Shown here one piece after another: positions 1 through 12,432 of a DNA stretch of 64,000 bases. The translations under genes and the position numbers were made by a program. Origin of the DNA: Macrostomum lignano (Eukaryota); NCBI GenBank assembly GCA_002269645.1, contig NIVC01001451.1, positions 62,001-126,000 on the forward strand. The letters are read 5' to 3'. Numbering within the stretch: position 1 is the stretch's first letter; every line of letters starts with the position of its first letter. The notes under the pieces are model-generated. The model was given only the letters and a program-made list of their open reading frames with translations, had not been told where the DNA came from and ran no database searches.

Positions 1-91
1 CACAAACAACTCGCTATTGGCGCAGCCGTAATGTACATTAGCCAAGCCAGCGTGGTTATAAACGTACATGGCAGGCAGCTTTAGGCTGGAA

Positions 92-3000
92 CTAGCCAAT
101 CCCAACCCCCGTTGGGGCTTTCCGTCCAAACTCCAACCACAGTTTTCCCCATCCACAAAATCCCCGATGCAAAGAATCTCACATGCAAAGAATCCCCCAT
201 CCAAAGAACCCCTATCGATAGAATCACCGATCCGAAGAATTCCCCATTCAATGAATCCCCTACTCAAGAAATTCCCGATCTACAGAAGCCCCCTATCTAA
301 AGAATCCCCATCCAAAGAATCTCTCATCCACAGAATCCCCATCCAAAGAATCCCTCATCCACAGAATCCAAATACCCTGGTATAAAGAATCCTCCATCCA
401 TCCCTATCCAAAGAATTTCCTCATTCATTCCTATCCAAAGAATTTCCTCATTCATTCCTATCCAAAGAATTTCCTCATTCATTCCTACCTAAAGAATCCC
501 CCATCCATCCATATCCAAAGAATCCCCCCCAATTAATCCCCGTCCAAATAATTCACATCATAATCCCCATCTAAATAAACCATAGATCTCCCATCTAAAT
601 AATCCGCCATCAAAGAAATAATTGGCCAAAGAATTCCCTCATCTAAAGAACCCCGTCCGAATAATCCCCATCCAACGAATCCAAAGAATCTCCCATCCAA
701 ATAATCCCCCTATTAATAGAATTCTTGGCCAAAGAATCCCCTCATCTAAAGAACCCCCGTCCAAATAACCCCCCCCATCTAGCGAATCCTTCATCTAAAG
801 AATCAACTATTCGAAAAACCCTCCATCGAAACAATACCCCATCAAAGTAATTCCCTAATGAATCACCTATCCAAAGATATCCATTAGAAGCATCCCTCAT
901 CCAAAGAATCATCAATCCGTAGAATTCCCCAAAAACTTAACATCTCAGCAATTCCCCCGAGCCTCGACACCTCATAAAATTCCCCCAAGCCTTGACATCT
1001 TACCAATTTCCCCCCGTCCAAAGCCTTGACATCTTACCAGTTTCTCCCCGTCCGAAGCCTTGACATCTCAGCAGTTCCCCGTTAAGCCTTGAAATCTCAG
1101 CAATTCTCCCCCACAAGTCTTGCATCTCAGCAAGTCCCTCTTAAGCCTTCACATCTCATTAATTCCAATAGGTAAGATTTTATACATGTATTTCAATAAT
1201 TCCCCCTATAAATCTTGACATCTTAGAATTCTCTTTCGAGCAAGCATCCCCTGATAGAAAGTACCCCCACCAAGATTAGTGAAACAATTTCCTCAGCTAG
1301 CCAATTCCAACCCCCGTTGGGGCTATTCGTCCAAACTCCAACCAGTTTTTCCACGCAATAAAATTTCACCCAACTGAATCTCAAATTTAAAGAATCCCCC
1401 ATCGAAAGAATCCACCACCCATAGAATCCACGATACAAAGAATCTCACATGCAGAGAATCCCCATCCAAAGAAACCCCCATCGATAGAATCCCCGATCCG
1501 AAGAATTCCCCTTCCAATGAATCCCCCATCGACAGAATCCCCTATCCAAAGAAGCCCCATCCATCCCTATCCAAAGAATCCCCCATCCACAGAATCCCGA
1601 TCAAAATAATGCAAATATTCTCTCATCCAAATAAACCTCCACAAAAGAATCATTGAATCTGAAGAATCTGAATCTTGAGTCCCCTCATCTAAAGAACCCC
1701 GTCCAAATAATCCAAAGAATCATACTCCAAAATAGTCTCCATCTAAAGAATCCAAAGAATCTCCCATCTAAATAATCCCCCATCAATAAAATCCTAGGCC
1801 AAAGAATCCTTCATCTAAAGAATCCCCATTCAAAGAACCCTCCATCGAAAGAATCCCCCATCGATGGAATTTCCCAATGAATCAGCTATCTAAAGATATC
1901 TATTAGAAGCAGCCCTCATGGAAGGAACCCCCAATCCAAAGAATTCCCCCCCCCCAAGACTTGACATCTCAACAATTCCCCCCAAGCCTTGATACCTCAG
2001 TTCATTCTCTCTTAAGCTTTGACATCTCAGCAATTCGCTCTCAAGACTTGAAATTTCAGGAATTCCCCTGCCAAGACTTGACATCTCAGCAGTCCTCCAA
2101 GTAAGCCTTTATATCTCAGTGATTCCCCCAGTAAGCCTTGACATCTCAGCAGTCCTCCAAGTAAGCCTTTATATCTCAGTGATTCCCCCAGTAAGCCTTG
2201 ACATCTCAGCAGTCCTCCAAGTAAGCCTTTATATCTCAGTGATTCCCCCAGTAAGCCTTGACATCTCAGCAGTCCTCCAAGTAAGCCTTTATATCTCAGT
2301 GATTCCCCCAGTAAGTCTTAACATCTCAGTGATTCCCCCATGCCTTGACATTTTAGAAATTCCCCCCACGCCAGCAGTTCCCCCATTAAGCCTTTATATC
2401 TCAGAAATTCCCCCCACGCCAGCAGTTCCCCCATTAAGCCTTTATATCTCAGAAATTCCCCCCCAAGCCTTAACATCTCAGCGATACCCCCACCAAGCCT
2501 TGGCGTCTCAGAAAGTCCCTCTTCAGCCTTGAGAGCGAATTGCTGAGATGTCAAAGCTTAAGAGAGAATGAACTGAGGTGTCAAGGCTCAGTGATTTCCT
2601 CAGTAGGTCTTCACAACTTAGCAATTTCTCCCCGTCCAAGAGCCTGACATCTCAGAAATTCCCCCACGCCTTGAAACCTCAGCAATTTCCTTTTGGCATC
2701 TCAGCAAGTCCCTTTAAGGCTTGACATCTCAGTAATTCCCCAGTAAGCCTGCATATCTGAATAATTCCCCAGTATGTCTTGACATCTTAGCAATCTCACC
2801 CGATCAAGCATGCCCTAAGAGCAAGCGTCCTTTCGATAGCAAGCATCCCCTGATAGAAAGTAACCCAAGCAAGACAGTGAAACAATTAACTCAGCTAGTA
2901 CAATAATTAGTTTCTTATCTAGTGCAATAATCCTTTTCAAAATTCAAAGTTTAATAAAAAAATTTGAATATACTACATGAACGCTCGTAGCTTCTTCTTT

Positions 3001-3787
3001 TTTACCTGATTTACCGGACGTTTTTTAAAGTTAAAATTTTTAATAAAAAAACTTTTACTCTCTAAAAATTCGAACCCACGTCGCTGCAATAGCAGTTCAG
3101 TCTGTTCACCTCTAGGCTAACTCATCGTTTTGATAACATGAATTGTAGCATATATAATTCAACACCGAAAACTCCAAGCATAGAAATCACTCGAAGCAAG
3201 TTATGACATAATCAATTTCTCAGGCAGGCAATATCAGTTTCAATTATTAAAGTCAACTATTAAAGTGAACAATATGGTTACGCAATCTAAATTGAAATCT
3301 AATGGCGCTGGCTTGAATTGCGGAGTTGCGATAAAGTAGGGGTTTGCGATATGGAAGAGCGTAATATGAGTATGTAAAGCATCCAGAATTTTTATTATAC
3401 CCCCCCTTAATTGGTTACGCAAGTTAAATAGAGTAATTATCTGGGCAGTGGGGCAAAGTGAATTTTCTTATCAGTTGGCTCTGGCGCAATCATTAAAATT
3501 GGCTGTGAAGTTTCTCGCTGCGCGCAGGCTGATAAAAAAATACACTAAAAAGGCCATTTAAAACAGTTTTTCGAATATTTAATCCCCTTAGCATTGAGCT
3601 AGAGCTTAATAAAATTACATGTACCGTCCCGGGCACATTTGACATCTTTTGGCGAAGAAACGGAGAAAATCGGTTGAGCCTTTTGGGAGATAACCTGTTA
3701 CATACCCACAGACAGACAGGGCCGGTGGAGGGGGGGTTGCTACTTTAGATTAGATTAGATTAGATTAGATTAGAAGATTAGATTAGA
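92..3787 (-). mobile_element. Non-autonomous Helitron-like element 1, minisatellite-filled
   Basis: Minus-strand 3' end: CCCCAACGGGG hairpin (about 107-117), then CTAG (95-92) followed by T. The 5' end lies in a (TCTAA)n tract at about 3745-3787; the duplicated copies read A|TCTAATATATCTAAAG (10085 downward). No Rep/helicase ORF. The 2940-3720 region is homologous to 7200-7770 of element 2. Confidence 0.75.
150..2800. repeat. Degenerate minisatellite blocks inside Helitron 1 (ATCCCCATCCAAAGA-like and AAGCCTTGACATCTCAGCAATTCCCC-like), arranged as two paralogous modules
   Basis: Module 92-1296 is repeated in diverged form at 1297-2900. Both modules show the same order of the two repeat types and end in GCAAGCATCCCCTGATAGAAAGTA...CAGCTAG. 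Confidence 0.8.
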
Positions 3788-3921
3788 CTAGCAATCTTCG
3801 CCCCCCGATGGGGGACATCTGGATAGAATCTCTGTTTTCTACAAGTAACAAAAAGACAGCCAAAAATCCTTCAAAAAGACAACAGACAAACTGCTCAAAT
3901 GAAGCGCAGTGCAAAAAGAAA

Positions 3922-4790
3922 TCATCCCAAGACTGCAAGCATCCCCCAGATAGCAAGCATCCCCTAGATAGCAAGCATCCCCCAGATAGCAAGCATCCCC
4001 CAGATAGCAAGCATCCCCAAGATAGCAAGCATCCCTCAGATAGCAAGCATCCCCCAGATAGCAAGCATCCCCCAGATAGCAAGCATCCCCCAGACAGCAA
4101 GCATCCCCCAGATAGCAAGCATCCCCTAGATAGCAAGCATCCCCCAGATAGCAAGCATCCCCCAGATAGCAAGCATCCCCCAGATAGCAAGCATCCCCCA
4201 GATAGCAAGCATCCCCAAGATAGCAAGCATCCCCCAGATAGCAAGCATCCCCCAGATAGCAAGCATCCCCCAGATAGCAAGCATCCCCCAGATAGCAAGC
4301 ATCCCCCAGATAGCAAGCATCCTCAGATAGCAAGCATCCCCCAGATAGCAAGCATCCCCCAGATAGCAAGCATCCCCCAGATAGCAAGCATCCCCCAGAT
4401 AGCAAGCATCCCCCAGATAGCAAGCATCCCCCAGATTGCAAGCATCCCCCAGATAGCAAGCATCCCCAAGATAGCAAGCATCCCCCAGATAGCAAGCATC
4501 CCCAGATAGCAAGCATCCCCCAGATAGCAAGCATCCCCCAGATAGCAAGCATCCCCAGATAGCAAGCATCCCCCAGATAGCAAGCATCCCCCAGATAGCA
4601 AGCATCCCCCAGATAGCAAGCATCCCCCAGATAGCAAGCATCCCCCAGATAGCAAGCATCCCCCAGACAGCAAGCATCCCCCAGATAGCAAGCATCCCCC
4701 AGATAGCAAGCATCCCCAGATAGCAAGCATCCCCCAGATAGCAAGCATCCCCAAGATAGATAGCATCCCCAAATAGCAAGCATCCACCAG
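3922..4790. repeat. 18-19 bp minisatellite (AGATAGCAAGCATCCCCC)n
   Basis: Roughly 45 tandem copies with variable C-run length. Confidence 0.95.
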
Positions 4791-4861
4791 ACAATAAGTA
4801 GCTAGTGCGACAATTTCCTTAGCATTATAGCGGCTCCTTTAAAATTCGCTTACTTTTACGT

Positions 4862-7195
4862 TTGAAATTGTGTATCTTTTATGTTTAACAGGGTGGCTCT
4901 TTTATGTTCTACGCTCGTACATGGTAACTCTTTTATGTTTGATACGGTGGCTTTTCAATGTCTGACATAGTGGCTCTTCTATGTTTGACATGGGGGCTCT
5001 TCTATGTTTGACATGGGGGCTCTTCTATGTTTGACAAAGTGGCTTTTTAATGTTTGACATGGTGGCTCTATTATGTTTGACATGGTGGCTCTTTAATGTT
5101 CAAAAAGGTGGCTCTTTTATGTTTGACATGGTGGCTCTTTAATGTTTGACATGGTGGCTCTTTAATGTTTGACATGGTGGCTCTTTAATGTTTGACATGG
5201 TGGCTCTTCAATGTTAGACAAAGTAGCTCTTTAATTTTTGACATGGTGGCTCTTTAATGTTGGACATGGTGGCTCTTTAATGTTAGACATGGTGGCTCTT
5301 TAATGTTCGACATAAAGTCACTTATATGTTTGACATGATGGCTCTTTTATGTTTAACATAGTGGCTCTTTAATGTTTGACATGGTAGCTCTTTTATGTTC
5401 GACATGGTGGCTCTTTAATGTTCGACATGGAGTTACGTATATGTTTTACATGGTGGCTCTTTTATGTTCGACGTGGTGGCTCTTTAATGTTTGACATGGG
5501 GTCTCTTCAATGTTTGACATGGAGTTACGTATATGTTTGACATGGTGGCTCTTTAATGTTTTACGTGGTGGCTCTTTAATGTTTGACATGGGGTCTCTTC
5601 AATGTTTGACATGGAGTTACGTATATGTTTGACATGGTGGCTCTTTAATGTTTTACATGGTGGCACTTTCATGTTTGACCTGGTGGCTCTTAAATGTTTG
5701 ACATGGTGTCTCTTTAACGTTTGACATGGAGTCATGTATATGTTTGACATGGTGGCTCTTGATTGTTCGACATAGAGTCATGTATATGTTTGCCATGGTG
5801 GCTCTTTAATGTTAGACATGGTGGCTCTTTTATGTTTTGCATGGTGGCTCTTTTATGTTCGACATGGTGTCTCTTCAATGTTTGACATGGAGTCATGTAT
5901 ATGTTTGACATGGTGGCTCTTGTATTTTTAACACGTTGGATCTTTAATGTTCGACATGGTGGCTCTTTAATATCTAACATGGAGTCACGTATATGTTTGA
6001 CATGGAGTCATGTATATGTCTGATATGGTAGCTCTTTAATGTTTTACATGGAGTCACCTATATGTTTCACATGGTGGCTATTTTATGTTTGACATGGTGG
6101 TTCTTAAATGTTCGGCATGGTGGCTCTTTAATGTTTGACATGGTGGCCCTTTTATGTTCGACATGGTGGCTCTTTAATGTTTGACATGGAGTCATGTATA
6201 TGTTTGACCTGGTGGCTCTTTAATGTTTGACATGGTGGCTCTTTAATGTTTTATATGGTGGCACTTTCATGTTTGACCTGGTGGCTCTTTAATGTTTGAC
6301 ATGGTGGCTTTTTAATATTTGACATGGTGGCACTTTCATGTTTGACCTGGTGGGTCTTTAATGTTTGACATGGTACCTCTTTTATGTTCGACATGGTGGC
6401 TCTTTAATGTTTTACATGGTGGCTCTTTAATGTTTGGCATGGTGACTCTTTTATGTTCTACATTGTGGCTCTTTTATGTTCGACATGGTGGCTCTTTAAT
6501 GTTTGATAAGGTGGCTCTTTAATGTTTGACATTGTGGCTCTTTAATATTTGACAAGGTGGCTCTTTAATGTTTAAAATGGTGGCTCTTTAATTTTCGACA
6601 TGGTGGCTCTTTAATGTTCTTAATGGTGTCTGTTTTATGCTTGACACGGCGGCTCTTTAATGTTTGACATAGTAACTCTTTTAGGTTTGAAATGGTGTCT
6701 CTTTAATGTTTGCCATTGTGGCTCTTTAATGTTTGACATGGTGGCTTTTTAATGTTCGACATGGTGGCTCTTTTAGGTTTGAAATGGGGGCTCTTTAATG
6801 TTTGACATTGTGGCTCTTTAATGTTTGACATTGTGGCTCTTTAATGTTCGACATGGTGGCTCTTTAATGTTTGACATGGTAACTCTTTTATGTTTGATAT
6901 GGTGGCTCTTTTATGTTCGACATGGTGGCTCTTTAATGTTCGACATGGTGGCTCTTTTAGGTTTGAAATGGTGGCTCTTTAATGTTTGACATTGTGGCTC
7001 TTTAATGTTTGAAATGGTGGCTCTTTAATGTTTGATATGGTGGCTCTTTAATGTTCGACATGGTGGCTCTTTTAGGTTTGAAATGGTGGCTCTTTAATAT
7101 TTGACATTGTGGCTCTTTGATGTTTGAAATGGTCGCTCTTTAATGTTTGATATGGTGGCTCTTTTATGTTCGACATGGTGGCTCTTTAATGTTTA
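4862..7195. repeat. 23 bp minisatellite (GTGGCTCTTTAATGTTTGACATG)n
   Basis: About 100 diverged tandem copies inside Helitron 2. Confidence 0.95.
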
Positions 7196-8790
7196 GAATT
7201 TTGTGTTTTTTAAGGTGTTTTAATAAAAAAACATTTTTCACTACTAAGATTCGAACCAAGGTCGCTACATTAGCATTCCAGTCTGTTTGCATCCGGCTAT
7301 CTCTTTTCAATTGGAGAACATGACTTGTGGCCCTTATAATTCAATACTTATAGCAAGTCGGTTAGAGTAAAAAGTTATGACATAATCAATTTCTCAGTCA
7401 GCCAGTATCAGTCTCAATTTAAGTTAGCGATATTGGTTACGCAATTTAAATCAAGTCGTGTGTGCATTTCTTCGACACTGTTTTCAACTTGTTGTGATGC
7501 AATCTTTATCAGAATTGAAATTCAGTCAGTCAGGTTTTTCTCTAGCATTCTTACAATGCATTTCAAGTCGAAAATTTTGCTTGACCTTTGCAAAAAAGCA
7601 TGTTTTTCGAATATTTAATCCCTTTAGAATTGAGCAATTTCTTAGCCAAGATGCATGTACCGTCCCAGGAAAATTTCTGATCGAATGGTGCAAGTTTGAA
7701 GAAAATCGGTTGAGCCAATTTTTCTGAAATCTATCGCATACCCACAGACAACTCATTTTTAGTATATAGGATTAGACTTGAGGAGGGCAATAAAACTGGG
7801 CGGTGGCGGCGGCCTGGAGGTAGAGATTTTAGAGACGCGGTTAGACGCGGTTGGAGGGTTTCAGACTTTCAGCTAGGGGGGGGGGGGGGGTGGTTAAGAT
7901 GGCCGGCCAATAAACTAGTCTTAATTCTAAAATACAATAAAAACGTTTCGATTTCGCTTTCTACTGAACTAAAAGTAGCTTACACGCAAAATGTAACAAA
8001 AAATGACCAAGTCAGAACGGCAAGCGAATGATAAATAGTTAAGTACGAACAAACTAAAGTGGGACGATATTTTTCAATTGAATTTAATGCACAGTTTCTA
8101 TATATATCAAGGTATCATTGTTTCCAAGCGCACGAGCTATCTAAGGTACTGTAGTATCGCTATTACCGTCTTATGAGACGCGGTACAAAAAACGGAGTTT
8201 AACTAAAAAAAGTTGAAAAGACGGTTGGGCCAACCGTTGGCTGGTTCGATTTAATCTAAATCGAGTTTCTTTTCCAAACGTTTCAAACGGATATTGGGTG
8301 TAAAGTGGCGTTGTAAAAACCGTAATCCTACTACTGAAAAATGATTTGAATGAAGCTGCTTCACAGGGAGACTACTTGTAGTTATCAAGGGTACTAAGAA
8401 CGATGCTACGCTATTAAAACAAACGATTTATTTTAGGTAAATCAGCTACAATAATCTACAATACACAAGAGCAATTATCATGTATAGCTTCTCTTTTTTC
8501 AAAAAAGCACGTCCGAAAAAGTGCACGCTCCAGTAATTGCTGATGGCAAGAAGTGATATACGAGCGTAGAGAAACAACACAGAACAGCTATAGTAGGGGC
8601 TAAAGCTACATACATTCTTACTCAACACACTTTTGCAAACTGTGTTGGCGACTACACTACAAACTTCTGAGATTGTTTATTTAATGACAGACAGGGGGGG
8701 GCATATTTGAACAAAAACAAATCTCTAAAAATCGATAGACCAAGCAACAACACAAACATCTGTGGTTTTTGCCGCTAATAATGATGGCTG

Positions 8791-9051
8791 TTAATGAGCC
8801 GGTTTCTGGCGATTTTTGACGGCGGTGAGGACCTTGTCGGCCGCCTCCGGGATCCGCGTGCCCGGCCCGAACACCTCGGCAACGCCGCTCTGCTTCAGAA
8901 AGTCGTAGTCCTGCGGCGGAATGACACCGCCGGCGATAACGACAATGTCAGAGCGGCCCTGCTCGCGCAGCAGCTTGATTAGCTCAGGGATGAGGGTCTT
9001 GTGCCCGGCGGCCAGGCTGCTCACACCGATGGCGTGAACGTCCGCGTCAAC
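8791..9051 (-). pseudogene. Duplicated 3' fragment of the MUT terminal exon, copy 1
   Basis: Matches 13447-13707 ([12 protein letters not shown]...KPAH*). It lacks the exon acceptor and the DxHxxG motif, and has an in-frame TGA at 9057-9055. Confidence 0.9.
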
Positions 9052-10103
9052 ATCTCAGTAATTCCCCAGTAAGCCTGCATATCTGAATAATTCCCCAGTA
9101 TGTCTTGACATCTTAGCAATCTCACCCGATCAAGCATGCCCTAAGAGCAAGCGTCCTTTCGATAGCAAGCATCCCCTGATAGAAAGTAACCCAAGCAAGA
9201 CAGTGAAACAATTAACTCAGCTAGTACAATAATTAGTTTCTTATCTAGTGCAATAATCCTTTTCAAAATTCAAAGTTTAATAAAAAAATTTGAATATACT
9301 ACATGAACGCTCGTAGCTTCTTCTTTTTTACCTGATTTACCGGACGTTTTTTAAAGTTAAAATTTTTAATAAAAAAACTTTTACTCTCTAAAAATTCGAA
9401 CCCACGTCGCTGCAATAGCAGTTCAGTCTGTTCACCTCTAGGCTAACTCATCGTTTTGATAACATGAATTGTAGCATATATAATTCAACACCGAAAACTC
9501 CAAGCATAGAAATCACTCGAAGCAAGTTATGACATAATCAATTTCTCAGGCAGGCAATATCAGTTTCAATTATTAAAGTCAACTATTAAAGTGAACAATA
9601 TGGTTACGCAATCTAAATTGAAATCTAATGGCGCTGGCTTGAATTGCGGAGTTGCGATAAAGTAGGGGTTTGCGATATGGAAGAGCGTAATATGAGTATG
9701 TAAAGCATCCAGAATTTTTATTATACCCCCCCCTTAATTGGTTACGCAAGTTAAATAGAGTAATTATCTGGGCAGTGGGGCAAAGTGAATTTTCTTATCA
9801 GTTGGCTCTGGCGCAATCATTAAAATTGGCTGTGAAGTTTCTCGCTGCGCGCAGGCTGATAAAAAAATACACTAAAAAGGCCATTTAAAACAGTTTTTCG
9901 AATATTTAATCCCCTTAGCATTGAGCTAGAGCTTAATAAAATTACATGTACCGTCCCGGGCACATTTGACATCTTTTGGCGAAGAAACGGAGAAAATCGG
10001 TTGAGCCTTTTGGGAGATAACCTGTTACATACCCACAGACAGACAGGGCCGGTGGAGGGGGGGTTGCTACTTTAGATATATTAGATTAGAAGATTAGATT
10101 AGA
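9050..10103 (-). mobile_element. Copy of the 5' 1.05 kb of Helitron 1
   Basis: Near-identical to 2724-3787. Retains the TCTAATATATCTAAAG terminus. Confidence 0.8.
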
Positions 10104-11119
10104 TTAGACTTGAGGAGGGCAATAAAACTGGGCGGTGGCGGCGGCCTGGAGGTAGAGATTTTAGAGACGCGGTTAGACGCGGTTGGAGGGTTTCAGACTT
10201 TCAGCTAGGGGGGGGGGGGTGGTTAAGATGGCCGGCCAATAAACTAGTCTTAATTCTAAAATACAATAAAAACGTTTCGATTTCGCTTTCTACTGAACTA
10301 AAAGTAGCTTACACGCAAAATGTAACAAAAAATGACCAAGTCAGAACGGCAAGCGAATGATAAATAGTTAAGTACGAACAAACTAAAGTGGGACGATATT
10401 TTTCAATTGAATTTAATGCACAGTTTCTATATATATCAAGGTATCATTGTTTCCAAGCGCACGAGCTATCTAAGGTACTGTAGTATCGCTATTACCGTCT
10501 TATGAGACGCGGTACAAAAAACGGAGTTTAACTAAAAAAAGTTGAAAAGACGGTTGGGCCAACCGTTGGCTGGTTCGATTTAATCTAAATCGAGTTTCTT
10601 TTCCAAACGTTTCAAACGGATATTGGGTGTAAAGTGGCGTTGTAAAAACCGTAATCCTACTACTGAAAAATGATTTGAATGAAGCTGCTTCACAGGGAGA
10701 CTACTTGTAGTTATCAAGGGTACTAAGAACGATGCTACGCTATTAAAACAAACGATTTATTTTAGGTAAATCAGCTACAATAATCTACAATACACAAGAG
10801 CAATTATCATGTATAGCTTCTCTTTTTTCAAAAAAGCACGTCCGAAAAAGTGCACGCTCCAGTAATTGCTGATGGCAAGAAGTGATATACGAGCGTAGAG
10901 AAACAACACAGAACAGCTATAGTAGGGGCTAAAGCTACATACATTCTTACTCAACACACTTTTGCAAACTGTGTTGGCGACTACACTACAAACTTCTGAG
11001 ATTGTTTATTTAATGACAGACAGGGGGGGGCATATTTGAACAAAAACAAATCTCTAAAAATCGATAGACCAAGCAACAACACAAACATCTGTGGTTTTTG
11101 CCGCTAATAATGATGGCTG

Positions 11120-11380
11120 TTAATGAGCCGGTTTCTGGCGATTTTTGACGGCGGTGAGGACCTTGTCGGCCGCCTCCGGGATCCGCGTGCCCGGCCCGAA
11201 CACCTCGGCAACGCCGCTCTGCTTCAGAAAGTCGTAGTCCTGCGGCGGAATGACACCGCCGGCGATAACGACAATGTCAGAGCGGCCCTGCTCGCGCAGC
11301 AGCTTGATTAGCTCAGGGATGAGGGTCTTGTGCCCGGCGGCCAGGCTGCTCACACCGATGGCGTGAACGTCCGCGTCAAC
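11120..11380 (-). pseudogene. Duplicated 3' fragment of the MUT terminal exon, copy 2
   Basis: Same sequence and same junction (GTCAAC|ATCTCAG) as copy 1. Confidence 0.9.
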
Positions 11381-12432
11381 ATCTCAGTAATTCCCCAGTA
11401 AGCCTGCATATCTGAATAATTCCCCAGTATGTCTTGACATCTTAGCAATCTCACCCGATCAAGCATGCCCTAAGAGCAAGCGTCCTTTCGATAGCAAGCA
11501 TCCCCTGATAGAAAGTAACCCAAGCAAGACAGTGAAACAATTAACTCAGCTAGTACAATAATTAGTTTCTTATCTAGTGCAATAATCCTTTTCAAAATTC
11601 AAAGTTTAATAAAAAAATTTGAATATACTACATGAACGCTCGTAGCTTCTTCTTTTTTACCTGATTTACCGGACGTTTTTTAAAGTTAAAATTTTTAATA
11701 AAAAAACTTTTACTCTCTAAAAATTCGAACCCACGTCGCTGCAATAGCAGTTCAGTCTGTTCACCTCTAGGCTAACTCATCGTTTTGATAACATGAATTG
11801 TAGCATATATAATTCAACACCGAAAACTCCAAGCATAGAAATCACTCGAAGCAAGTTATGACATAATCAATTTCTCAGGCAGGCAATATCAGTTTCAATT
11901 ATTAAAGTCAACTATTAAAGTGAACAATATGGTTACGCAATCTAAATTGAAATCTAATGGCGCTGGCTTGAATTGCGGAGTTGCGATAAAGTAGGGGTTT
12001 GCGATATGGAAGAGCGTAATATGAGTATGTAAAGCATCCAGAATTTTTATTATACCCCCCCCCTTAATTGGTTACGCAAGTTAAATAGAGTAATTATCTG
12101 GGCAGTGGGGCAAAGTGAATTTTCTTATCAGTTGGCTCTGGCGCAATCATTAAAATTGGCTGTGAAGTTTCTCGCTGCGCGCAGGCTGATAAAAAAATAC
12201 ACTAAAAAGGCCATTTAAAACAGTTTTTCGAATATTTAATCCCCTTAGCATTGAGCTAGAGCTTAATAAAATTACATGTACCGTCCCGGGCACATTTGAC
12301 ATCTTTTGGCGAAGAAACGGAGAAAATCGGTTGAGCCTTTTGGGAGATAACCTGTTACATACCCACAGACAGACAGGGCCGGTGGAGGGGGGTTGCTACT
12401 TTAGATATATTAGATTAGAAGATTAGATTAGA
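11379..12432 (-). mobile_element. Second copy of the 5' 1.05 kb of Helitron 1
   Basis: Near-identical to 9050-10103. Confidence 0.8.

Larger units (their letters stand above)
3788..7771 (-). mobile_element. Non-autonomous Helitron-like element 2, about 3.98 kb
   Basis: Minus-strand 5' end A|TCCTATATACTAAAA at 7771. The 3' end has a CCCCCATCGGGGG hairpin (3802-3814), about 10 nt, then CTAG|T (3791-3788). Removing it restores the sequence seen at 10081-10120 and 12415-12450, i.e. an AT target with no TSD. Confidence 0.85.

Noticed and set aside
3745-3790. (TTAGA)n as a telomere remnant
   Set aside because: It is short, is not TTAGGG or TTAGG, and coincides with a Helitron 5' end.
3783-4794. 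PDSKH / GCLLS / GDACYL repeat ORFs
   Set aside because: They are translations of a stop-free minisatellite in several frames. The same applies to ORFs at 14664-15487, 32410-33306, 38225-39078, 43019-45217, 53429-54526 and 60740-61729.
3922-7195. CRISPR-like arrays
   Set aside because: Units are directly adjacent with no unique spacers, there are no cas genes, and the context is eukaryotic. The same applies to all arrays in the window.
3781-7778. 9-bp direct repeat GATTAGACT as a TSD of a cut-and-paste element
   Set aside because: There are no TIRs. The empty site has only one copy's worth of sequence, explained exactly by A|TC...CTAG|T insertion into a (GATTA)n tract.
8446-8628. 60-aa ORF repeated three times
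   Set aside because: It lies in AT-rich MUT 3' flank, has no motif, and repeats only because of the triplication.
8791-11353. 77-aa ORFs as stand-alone cobalamin-binding subunits
   Set aside because: They start at an internal GTG, lack DxHxxG, and are copies of part of the last MUT exon.
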